From Spirulina sp. (GTDB lineage Bacteria; Cyanobacteriota; Cyanobacteriia; Phormidesmidales; Phormidesmidaceae), in contig JBIPSI010000012.1 of the NCBI GenBank assembly GCA_044070495.1, positions 32,001 through 96,000 on the forward strand: a stretch of DNA of 64,000 nucleotides. Direction: 5' to 3'. The translations under genes were made by a program, and so were the position numbers. The notes beneath the pieces were generated by a model. That model worked only from the letters and a program-made list of their open reading frames with translations, ran no database searches and had not been told where the DNA came from. Shown here piece by piece: positions 47,284 to 55,592 of the stretch (within the stretch, counting starts at the first letter, position 1; each line of letters begins with the position of its first letter).

Positions 47284-48837
47284 ATGGCCCTTCCCCCTCC
47301 CCCTAAACCCCAAACCATGACCCTCCTGTTCTGGGCTGGAATGGCGGCGTTGCTGCTCGCCAACCTAGACAGCTTGCGGTCTGTGCCCCCCTCTACTGCC
47401 CTGGGGGCCTTAGCGATTGGGGTCGCCTGCATGTTCCCCGTGTATCTCTGGTGCGATGGCCAGGTGCAGGGGTTGCCCGTTTTTCCCTTCTTTTCGCTCA
47501 CCTATTTGTGGACGTTTTGCCTACCCCTGCTGAGCGAAAATCCCAATGTGTGGGCCTACAGCCCCGAAGCGCAGCTTCGGGCCGCCCTATCCACGGTGCT
47601 GTTTTTGGTGAGTGGCACCGTGGTTTGGCTACAAATTGTGCGCACACCGAAGGCCATCAAGAAGCCCTTTCGTGCCCTAAAAACCGACACCGCCGATAAC
47701 GTTTTCATCGCCATGGTGGCGGCGGGAGCTTTTTTGAATATGTACGTGGTCGGCGGCTGGAGCGGCATCCCCGACAAGCTGTTTACCATCGTGCGGGGGA
47801 TCATTCTGGGGCTGAGCTTTTTAGGAATCTTTGTGCTGGCCTACCGGGCGGGGCAAAATTCCATGCCGCGCACCAAGCAGTACATTTTCTTTGCGGCCCT
47901 GGTGGCCAATATCGCCACCGCTGCGGCAGGATTGATCCTCAAAACAGCGCTAACCCTGTTTTTGCTGTCGGTGATGGCCTATGTTATTGGCGGCAAAAGA
48001 CTTCCTGTGATTGGCTTGTTGATGGGATTTTTTCTGCTGCTGCCTCTCCACTATGGCAAACACGAAATGCGCCATAAATATTGGGAAAGTGAAACGGCTC
48101 ACTATGTGCAGCCTTGGCAGTATCCAGCCTGGTTTAGCGAGTGGCATGGCTATGCCAAAGAAAACAAAAATCATGTTCCTGAACGGTGGGAAAAAGTCGA
48201 AAAAAAAGAGTCCTTTGTGGAACGATCCAGCGTTATCCATATGCTGATGATGGCACAGGAAAAGATTCCAGAACCCTACCCCTACCTAGGCGGCAAAACC
48301 TACGCCATTATTCCTGGACTGTTGGTACCAAGAATTTTGAATCCTCAAAAACCCCGCAGTCACGAAGGCACTCACATGCTGAACGTCCATGTGCGGCGGC
48401 AAACCTACCAACAAACCTGGAAAACCACCATCGCCTGGGGATTACTGCCAGAAGCCTACGCTAACTTCGGCTATTTTGGCTGCCTGCTGATTGGCGGCAT
48501 TATGGGCGCATTCTACGGCACCATTACCCTAGCGGCCATTGGCACTCCACCCTTCTCCGCTCGAATGATGTTTTGTGTCTTGGTGATGAGTTTGGCCTTA
48601 GCCTCTACAGAATGGACGGCAGGTGTGTATGCTGCCACGCTCTTTCAATCGTCAGTGCCCATTGTTGGCATCAAGTATGCCTTTATGAAAGTCTATCGGC
48701 CTAACTCGCGAGGTCGAAAACCGAATAATCTCCTAGCCTATAAATCTCCAGTTAAAAATTACTATCCCTATTTAATACAGCCCAAAAGACAAGAACATCA
48801 GGCCGTGAGTCGTGATCCGACACAGCTAAATCTGTAG
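47284..48837 (+). CDS. Multi-TM membrane protein; possible Wzy-like polymerase or ligase
   Basis: About 10-12 TM helices, a large loop (YLGGKTY...PRILNPQKP) and LPEAYANFG; located in the EPS operon. Confidence 0.6.
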   Translation: MALPPPPKPQTMTLLFWAGMAALLLANLDSLRSVPPSTALGALAIGVACMFPVYLWCDGQVQGLPVFPFFSLTYLWTFCLPLLSENPNVWAYSPEAQLRAALSTVLFLVSGTVVWLQIVRTPKAIKKPFRALKTDTADNVFIAMVAAGAFLNMYVVGGWSGIPDKLFTIVRGIILGLSFLGIFVLAYRAGQNSMPRTKQYIFFAALVANIATAAAGLILKTALTLFLLSVMAYVIGGKRLPVIGLLMGFFLLLPLHYGKHEMRHKYWESETAHYVQPWQYPAWFSEWHGYAKENKNHVPERWEKVEKKESFVERSSVIHMLMMAQEKIPEPYPYLGGKTYAIIPGLLVPRILNPQKPRSHEGTHMLNVHVRRQTYQQTWKTTIAWGLLPEAYANFGYFGCLLIGGIMGAFYGTITLAAIGTPPFSARMMFCVLVMSLALASTEWTAGVYAATLFQSSVPIVGIKYAFMKVYRPNSRGRKPNNLLAYKSPVKNYYPYLIQPKRQEHQAVSRDPTQLNL

Positions 48838-48924
48838 GTTGGGTGTAGCGATAGCGGAACCCAACAGTCTAGTGTTGGGTTCTATCGTACCGATTCTTTA
48901 AAACCTTCGTTCCGGTAAAATCCC

Positions 48925-50094
48925 ATGGCTCGCCTTGCTGTCATCACCTCCCACCCAATTCAATACTACGCACCCTGGTTTCGTTACCTGCAAACAAGCT
49001 CTAGTTTAACCCTGCGAGTTTTTTATTTATTGGATTCAACGGTCACAAATCAGGCCGATCAACAGTTTAAGGGGGGTATGCAATGGGATATTCCTTTACT
49101 AGAAGGCCATGATTATGAATTTGTCCCCAACATCAGCCACAGACCGGGGACAGGTCACTTTTGGGGATTACAAAATCCAACCCTCATCCAACAGGTGAAA
49201 GCTTTCCAACCGGATGCGGTGTTGATGATGAACTACAACTACGCCAGCCTGTACAGGTTTTTATCTTCTTGGAAAGGCACGCCGCTGCTGTTTCGGGGAG
49301 ATTCCCATCGCCTGATCCCTGAAATCGGTCTAAAGGCTAACCTGAAGCGACAGTGGATTACCCAGATTTATCGACGCTTTGATGCCTGTCTCTATGTGGG
49401 TAAGGCGAATCGAGATTATTTTCGATATCACGGCGTTGAGGAAAATCGACTCTTCTTTTCGCCCCACGCCATCGACAATGATCGGTTTATCGGACAGGCT
49501 AAAACAGCCGCCCTAGAAGCTGTTCAGTGGAAGAAAGATCTGGGTATCCTCCTAGATCACCAAGTCATTCTATTTGCGGGCAAGTTTATTGCCAAAAAAC
49601 GTCCCTTAGATTTGCTTCAGGCTTTTCTCAAGGCAGACTTATCTAACGTCTCGCTACTCTTTGTCGGTGCGGGTGAATTGGAAGATGACCTCAGACGACA
49701 GGCCCAGCTATCTAAACATCCCCATATTTACTTTGCACCCTTTCAAAATCAAAGCACGATGCCCCGCACCTATGCGGCGGGGGATGTGATGGTTTTACCG
49801 AGCTATGGCCCCAGCGAAACCTGGGGGCTAGCCGTTAACGAAGCTTTCTGTTTGGGAGTACCCGTGATCGTGAGCGACCATGTGGGTTGCGCGTCGGATC
49901 TCGTCATACCCGAAAAAACGGGTTTAATCTTTCCTGCCGGGGATGTTGATGCCCTGAGCCGCAGCTTACAGACTGCCTTTAGCGAGGGTGGTCGGCAACT
50001 CACATTATGGGGACAAAACGGACAACACCACATTGCCCACTACAGCTATCGCTACGCCACCGAGGGATTACTCTCGGCCCTCTCGGCCTCATAA
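48925..50094 (+). CDS. GT4 glycosyltransferase
   Basis: SHPIQYYAP, FAGKFIAKKRP, ETWGLAVNEA. Confidence 0.92.
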   Translation: MARLAVITSHPIQYYAPWFRYLQTSSSLTLRVFYLLDSTVTNQADQQFKGGMQWDIPLLEGHDYEFVPNISHRPGTGHFWGLQNPTLIQQVKAFQPDAVLMMNYNYASLYRFLSSWKGTPLLFRGDSHRLIPEIGLKANLKRQWITQIYRRFDACLYVGKANRDYFRYHGVEENRLFFSPHAIDNDRFIGQAKTAALEAVQWKKDLGILLDHQVILFAGKFIAKKRPLDLLQAFLKADLSNVSLLFVGAGELEDDLRRQAQLSKHPHIYFAPFQNQSTMPRTYAAGDVMVLPSYGPSETWGLAVNEAFCLGVPVIVSDHVGCASDLVIPEKTGLIFPAGDVDALSRSLQTAFSEGGRQLTLWGQNGQHHIAHYSYRYATEGLLSALSAS

Positions 50095-50181
50095 AGTCAT
50101 ACATCCACGAACACGATGCTAAACCCGAACGCAAACTTGCCTCCCCCAAACTAAGAACTATCAACTCTCTTCCCACACATT

Positions 50182-51228
50182 ATGTTTCCACTGATAGTTC
50201 TGGGGGCTGCGGCCCTAACGGTTGTGAGCCTAACACCTATAGTCCAAAGTCTGGGCCTGAAATTAGATTGTGTGGATCAGCCCAACGCCCGCAAGATTCA
50301 TCAACAACCCATCGTCCGGATTGGTGGGGTCGGAATTTTTGCGGGCACCTTTTTGGCTTGGTTACTGGTGGGCAGATTGGGCCTAAATGCCCTAGACAGC
50401 TCTATTTTTCTGGGCCTGTTGTTGGGCGGTCTGGGCTTTTTTGCCACGGGTTTATTGGATGACCTGTTTAACCTATCGCCCTTTGTGCGGTTGGGGATGC
50501 AGGCGATCCTGTCGGCAACGGTGTGGAGTCTGGGTATCCGGCTGGAGGCTCTGCCCCTGCCCGGTTTGACGGAAGCGTTACCGCCCTGGCTGAGCCTGCT
50601 GGTGACGTTCCTCTGGCTGGCGGGCATGGCCAACGCCATCAACTGGCTAGACGGCATGGATGGCCTAGCCGCAGGCACCACCACCGTCGCTGCCGCCGTT
50701 TTAGCCGCCATGATCTGGCCCCTGCATCCCGCCCTAGCGCTGATGGCCCTGGGCCTCTGCGGTGCCACCCTAGGCTTTTTGAAATACAACGCCGCCCCCG
50801 CCCGCATCTTCATGGGAGATGGCGGTTCCTACTTCCTAGGCTTTGCCCTCGCCGCTCTGGCCACCATCGGCCTCCCCACCAATGGATCCTTCACCACCGC
50901 CCTGCTGCCCTTCATGGTTCTCCTGGTTCCTGTGCTGGATATGACCCTAGTGATTGGGGCCAGACTAAGCGACCGCAAATCCCCCTTCCACCCCGACCAA
51001 CGCCACATCCACCACCGCCTGATGCACGCCCAGTTGCCAAAAGCCACCGTCGTCTGGTGCATCTACGGCCTCACCCTGCTATCCGGCCTAGGAGCCATGG
51101 CGCTCCAGCATACCAACGCGGGCTGGTGGCTGGTGGGAACGGCCCTCGCCCTCTTCACCCTCACCACTCGCACCCTCTGGCCCCAACCAGAAGAAACCCT
51201 TGCCAGTCTCCCCTCCGTCAGTCCATAA
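50182..51228 (+). CDS. MraY/WecA-family undecaprenyl-phosphate glycosyl-1-phosphate transferase
   Basis: RKIH, GLLDD, NAINWLDGMDGLA, IFMGDGGS, HIHHRL. Confidence 0.93.
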   Translation: MFPLIVLGAAALTVVSLTPIVQSLGLKLDCVDQPNARKIHQQPIVRIGGVGIFAGTFLAWLLVGRLGLNALDSSIFLGLLLGGLGFFATGLLDDLFNLSPFVRLGMQAILSATVWSLGIRLEALPLPGLTEALPPWLSLLVTFLWLAGMANAINWLDGMDGLAAGTTTVAAAVLAAMIWPLHPALALMALGLCGATLGFLKYNAAPARIFMGDGGSYFLGFALAALATIGLPTNGSFTTALLPFMVLLVPVLDMTLVIGARLSDRKSPFHPDQRHIHHRLMHAQLPKATVVWCIYGLTLLSGLGAMALQHTNAGWWLVGTALALFTLTTRTLWPQPEETLASLPSVSP

Positions 51229-51302
51229 AAAATCCCCCCTCACCTTCACCTCCCCACCCCCTCACCTCCCCACCTTCCCACCCCTTCACCCCCACCCTCA
51301 CC

Positions 51303-52496
51303 ATGTCCCAAACCATCCACCTCTGGACCCCTGGCCTCTTTGACTTCAAAGGCGGCATTCAAACCTACTCAGGCTTTCTGCTTCAGGCGTTAAAGGCCGT
51401 CTTGCCGGAGGCCACCCTGCGCGTATTTACCATGCATGATCGGCCCATGGGGTTATCTCGAAAGGGCGTCTCCCGACTCACCTTTCACACGGCAGGGCAA
51501 GTTCATCCCCGGTTACGGACGGCCTACTTTGCCGCCCAGACGTTTCAAGAGGCTCTGTGGGAGCGGCCCGACCTAATCATCACCACCCACGTCAATTTCA
51601 CGCCCGTCGCCCATGCCCTCAAAACGCTGGTTGGGATTCCCTACATTGGCATCGCCCACGGGTTTGAAGCCTGGGACGTGAAGAAGCCCCAGGTGCGGCG
51701 GGGCATGGCCGGGGCCGACCGCATTTTGGCGGTGAGTGGCTTTACCTGCGACCGCATCCGCCAGTCCCAAGGGCTTCAGAACCTAGGCATTTTGCCCAAT
51801 ACCTTTGATGCCAATCGGTTTCAGATTAAGGCCAAACCAGACTACCTCCTCCAGCGCTATGGGCTGCAACCCGATCAGCCCGTCATCCTCACCGTTAACC
51901 GACTGGCAGCAGGCGAACCCTTCCACAGCTACGACCAGATTTTGGCGGCAATGCCCGCCATCCGCCAATCCCTCCCCAACGTGCATTACCTGATTGTTGG
52001 CAAAGGCGACGACCGACCCCGCCTAGAGCGGCTGATTGCCGAAGGCAACCTACAAGATTGCGTCACCCTGGCCGGGTTCATTGCCGACGACGAACTGCCC
52101 AACTACTACGCCCTCTGCGATGTGTTTGCCATGCCCAGCAAACTCGAAGGCTTCGGCATTGTCTACCTAGAAGCCCTGGCCAGCGGCAAACCTGTCCTAG
52201 CTGGATTCGACGGTGGCCGCAACGCCCTCAAACAGGGGGAACTCGGTGCCCTGGTCAATCCAGACAACGTGGACGCTATCGCCACCACCCTGACCCAAAT
52301 TCTGTCCGGCACCTACCCCAATGCCCTGATGTACGAACCCCAAATGCTCCGGCGAAACGTCATCCAAGCCTTTGGCCAGCCCACCTTTCAGCGCATTCTG
52401 GCGGAACATCTCTCCCAACTCTTGCAGCCTGCCGCCCCACCCCTCGACCAATCCGCAGAACCCCTGCATCCCGCGAGATTACTGGTTTCGCGATGA
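51303..52496 (+). CDS. GT4 glycosyltransferase
   Basis: KGGIQTY, HGFEAW, EGFGIVYLEALASGKPV. The 657-aa track ORF is an artefactual upstream extension. Confidence 0.9.
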   Translation: MSQTIHLWTPGLFDFKGGIQTYSGFLLQALKAVLPEATLRVFTMHDRPMGLSRKGVSRLTFHTAGQVHPRLRTAYFAAQTFQEALWERPDLIITTHVNFTPVAHALKTLVGIPYIGIAHGFEAWDVKKPQVRRGMAGADRILAVSGFTCDRIRQSQGLQNLGILPNTFDANRFQIKAKPDYLLQRYGLQPDQPVILTVNRLAAGEPFHSYDQILAAMPAIRQSLPNVHYLIVGKGDDRPRLERLIAEGNLQDCVTLAGFIADDELPNYYALCDVFAMPSKLEGFGIVYLEALASGKPVLAGFDGGRNALKQGELGALVNPDNVDAIATTLTQILSGTYPNALMYEPQMLRRNVIQAFGQPTFQRILAEHLSQLLQPAAPPLDQSAEPLHPARLLVSR

Positions 52497-52572
52497 CACC
52501 AAATCTACGGGATCCCCACCCCCCCGCAGGGGCAGGGTCTCCCCGCCCGCCCACCCCCATCCAGGCCCATCC

Positions 52573-53841
52573 ATGATGAAGATCCTCCACATCATCCCTT
52601 CCCTGTCCCCCGTCCGGGGTGGCCCCAGCCAGGCCCTATTAGAAATGGTGCAAGCCCAACGCCAGCAGGGCATGGATGCCGTCATCGCCACCACTAACGA
52701 CCACGGAGACACCACCTTCTCAGCCCCCTTTGGGCAGCGCATCGACAGCGGATCGATTCCTGAACTGGTCGGCCCCTCCGTTCCCGTCTGGGTTTTCCCA
52801 AGGGTGCTGTTCCAGCGGGCGGCCCTGCGAGAATTTGCCATCGCCCCGGCCCTGGCCCCTTGGCTGTGGCGGCATGTCCCAGAGTTTGACCTGGTTCACA
52901 TCCACGCGATTTTTAACTATCCCACCACGATGGCGATGGCCGTGGCTAAGGCGAGGGGCGTGCCCTACGTCGTGCGTCCCATCGGTTCCCTGTGCCGCTG
53001 GTCGTTGGAGCAGAGCCGCACGAAAAAACAGCTCTACCTAAACACGGTGGGTCGCAGATTGCTAGAGAACAGCGATGCCCTCCATTTCACTACCGTCCAA
53101 GAACAACAAGAGGCCTTGGAAGCTGGGTTCAGCGGGTCGAACTTTATTCTGCCCCATGGGGTGCAGGTGCCCACCGTTTTAAGCCATGCCCGTCAACAAT
53201 TGCAGGCCGAATTACAGATTCCCGCTGATCACCACATTCTGCTGTTTCTCTCGCGGCTGCATCCCAAAAAAGGAATTGAGCATTTAATCGATGCCCTAGC
53301 CAATTTACCGGAGGAAAATTTTACCCTGGTGATTGCAGGCAGTGGCGATTCTAGTTACGAAATAGCGATTAACCAGCGCATCCGAATGGCCGGATTGAGC
53401 GAGAAAATCCGACAAATTGGCTTCGTCAGCGGTGAATGGAAAAACCTCCTGCTCCAAGGATCTGACCTGTTTGTGCTGCCCTCCTACTCAGAGAATTTAG
53501 GGATTGCCGTGCTAGAAGCCATGGCCGCCGGATTGCCCGTCATTACAACGCCGGAGGTGGCCATTTCACCCTTGATCCAAACCCACCAAACGGGCCTAGT
53601 GACCACCGCTCATCCCCCCGCCTTGGCGGGGGCAATTCAGCACTATCTATACCATTCCGACCTCGCTGACAGGGATGGCAAAAACGGTCGCACCCTGGTG
53701 GAAACCCAATTTAGCTGGCCAACCCAGGCCGCAAGGTTGATGGAGCAATACGCTCGTTTAATCCACCAGAAAACCGATGCATCCCCAGTTTCAAATAGCC
53801 CGGAACCATCCCAAATTCCTGATGGCCTGACACATCCCTAA
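52573..53841 (+). CDS. GT4 glycosyltransferase
   Basis: MKILHIIPSLSPVRGGP, LSRLHPKKG, SYSENLGIAVLEAM. Confidence 0.9.
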   Translation: MMKILHIIPSLSPVRGGPSQALLEMVQAQRQQGMDAVIATTNDHGDTTFSAPFGQRIDSGSIPELVGPSVPVWVFPRVLFQRAALREFAIAPALAPWLWRHVPEFDLVHIHAIFNYPTTMAMAVAKARGVPYVVRPIGSLCRWSLEQSRTKKQLYLNTVGRRLLENSDALHFTTVQEQQEALEAGFSGSNFILPHGVQVPTVLSHARQQLQAELQIPADHHILLFLSRLHPKKGIEHLIDALANLPEENFTLVIAGSGDSSYEIAINQRIRMAGLSEKIRQIGFVSGEWKNLLLQGSDLFVLPSYSENLGIAVLEAMAAGLPVITTPEVAISPLIQTHQTGLVTTAHPPALAGAIQHYLYHSDLADRDGKNGRTLVETQFSWPTQAARLMEQYARLIHQKTDASPVSNSPEPSQIPDGLTHP

Positions 53842-53964
53842 CGTAGGTTGGGTGCAGCGGAGCGGAACCCAACACCCGCCAGAGGTTTCAGGCTGGTTGG
53901 GTTCTGCTATCGAGTCACCCAACCTACTGACTAGCCATTACACCCGACTACCCACCCAAAACCT

Positions 53965-54768
53965 ATGCAAACTCTCACCCTGTCTACCCAAGCCGCTAAC
54001 CCCATGCTGGCCTCTATTACGCCAGTGATTTTGACCTACAACGAGGCCGACAACATTAGCCGCACCCTGCAACGGTTAACCTGGGCCAATCGCATTGTGG
54101 TGGTAGACAGTTTCAGCACCGACGAAACCCTGGATATTCTAGAGAACTATCCCCAAGTAGACTTGTATCAGCGCCCCTTTGATACCCATGCGAATCAGTG
54201 GAACTATGGGCTATCTTTAGTCGCAACTCCCTGGGTACTCTCCTTAGATGCCGACTATGGTTTGAGTGACGAATTGACCGATGAATTGACCTCCCTTGAC
54301 TCAGAAAGTGAGGTGGATTGCTACAGAATTCCCTTTCAATACTGTGTCTTTGGCAAGCCCCTAAGGGGAAACATTCTGCCGCCAAGAGCGGCCCTATTTC
54401 GCCGGGATAAAGCCACCTACATTGACGATGGCCATACCCAGTTGTTGCAGTGCTGGGGCAAGGCCGCTACCCTCAAAAGTTCTATTCTACATGATGATCG
54501 CAAGCCTCTAAGTCGCTGGCTTTGGGCACAGGATCGCTATGCTCGGTTGGAAGTTCAAAAGCAATTCAATATCCCCCTAAAGGAATTGGGATGGAGTGAT
54601 CGTATCCGTCGCGTTCCTGGTCTGTCTGCCCCCATTATTTTGGTCTATTGTTTGATCCTAAAAGGGGGAATTCTCGATGGCTGGGCCGGATGGTACTACG
54701 CCTTTCAGCGGGTGGTGGCGGAGTTAATTCTTTCCCTGCGGTTGATCGAGGCTAAATTATACGATTAG
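53965..54768 (+). CDS. GT2 glycosyltransferase
   Basis: ILTYNEADNI, VDSFSTD, LSLDAD, DGHTQ, HDDRK. Confidence 0.9.
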   Translation: MQTLTLSTQAANPMLASITPVILTYNEADNISRTLQRLTWANRIVVVDSFSTDETLDILENYPQVDLYQRPFDTHANQWNYGLSLVATPWVLSLDADYGLSDELTDELTSLDSESEVDCYRIPFQYCVFGKPLRGNILPPRAALFRRDKATYIDDGHTQLLQCWGKAATLKSSILHDDRKPLSRWLWAQDRYARLEVQKQFNIPLKELGWSDRIRRVPGLSAPIILVYCLILKGGILDGWAGWYYAFQRVVAELILSLRLIEAKLYD

Positions 54769-55095
54769 CCTACTCTTTTATAGCGAGCTTCACTTGGATG
54801 AAGTTGATTGTGATGATCCCCCCTGCCCCCCTTATCAAGGGGGGTAAAGCGTAAAACCTAGACCGCTAGGTACCTGATTGCCTGACACATCTTCAAAGTA
54901 GCAATGCACCACCCAGAGCCTTGGCCAGAGAAATCAGATCCAGCGTTTTAGATCTGATGCGCTAGTAGGTTGGGTGCAGCGAAGCGGAACCCAACACTCG
55001 CCGAGAATTTTGGGCTGGTTGGGTTCTGCTATCGCGCCACCCAACCTACGAGAAGTCATTGATATCTCATTTTTGCGATGTCATGCTGCTACGTT

Positions 55096-55575
55096 CTAAT
55101 GCTGAACCTTAGCTAATTTGAAATCTCGCTTGCCATCGAGTTGAGCTTGCAGTTCGTGAATGGTTTGCTGAGCGACGAGTAAGTTTTGGGTGAGGAAGTG
55201 GGTTTGCAACACCCGCCGCACCCGCTGACGCAGCACCGCCCAGTGGATCGGTTTGGTGACGTAATCTACCGCGCCTACGGCAAAGGCCCGTTCTACGGAG
55301 GGATTGTCTGACAGGGCCGTAATCATCAGGACGGGGGGGCAGTGGTCGCCAAAGGTGGTGTGTAGGGTCTCGCAGCAGGTGAAGCCATCCATCTCCGGCA
55401 TGAGGGCATCCATCAAGATCAGGTCGGGTAGGTGTTGCTCGCAGAAGCTGAGGCAGGCTTTGCCGTTGCTGGCGGTTTCGACTTGGTAGCCTTCGACGGT
55501 GATGGCGTGGGTGAGTAGGCGGCGCAGGTTACGCTCGTCGTCCACAATTAGAACCGTAGGTTGGGGAAGGGGCAT
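55096..55575 (-). CDS. Single-domain response regulator with a short coiled-coil tail
   Basis: VLIVDDE, ILMDALMP, MITAL, DYVTKP. Confidence 0.92.
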   Translation of the reverse strand: MPLPQPTVLIVDDERNLRRLLTHAITVEGYQVETASNGKACLSFCEQHLPDLILMDALMPEMDGFTCCETLHTTFGDHCPPVLMITALSDNPSVERAFAVGAVDYVTKPIHWAVLRQRVRRVLQTHFLTQNLLVAQQTIHELQAQLDGKRDFKLAKVQH

Positions 55576-55592
55576 GGTAAGGAAGGGTCATG

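Noticed and set aside
50523..51302. 657-aa ORF suggesting an N-terminally extended glycosyltransferase
   Set aside because: The extension is an alternate frame of the MraY/WecA gene plus translated repeat; the GT starts at 51303.
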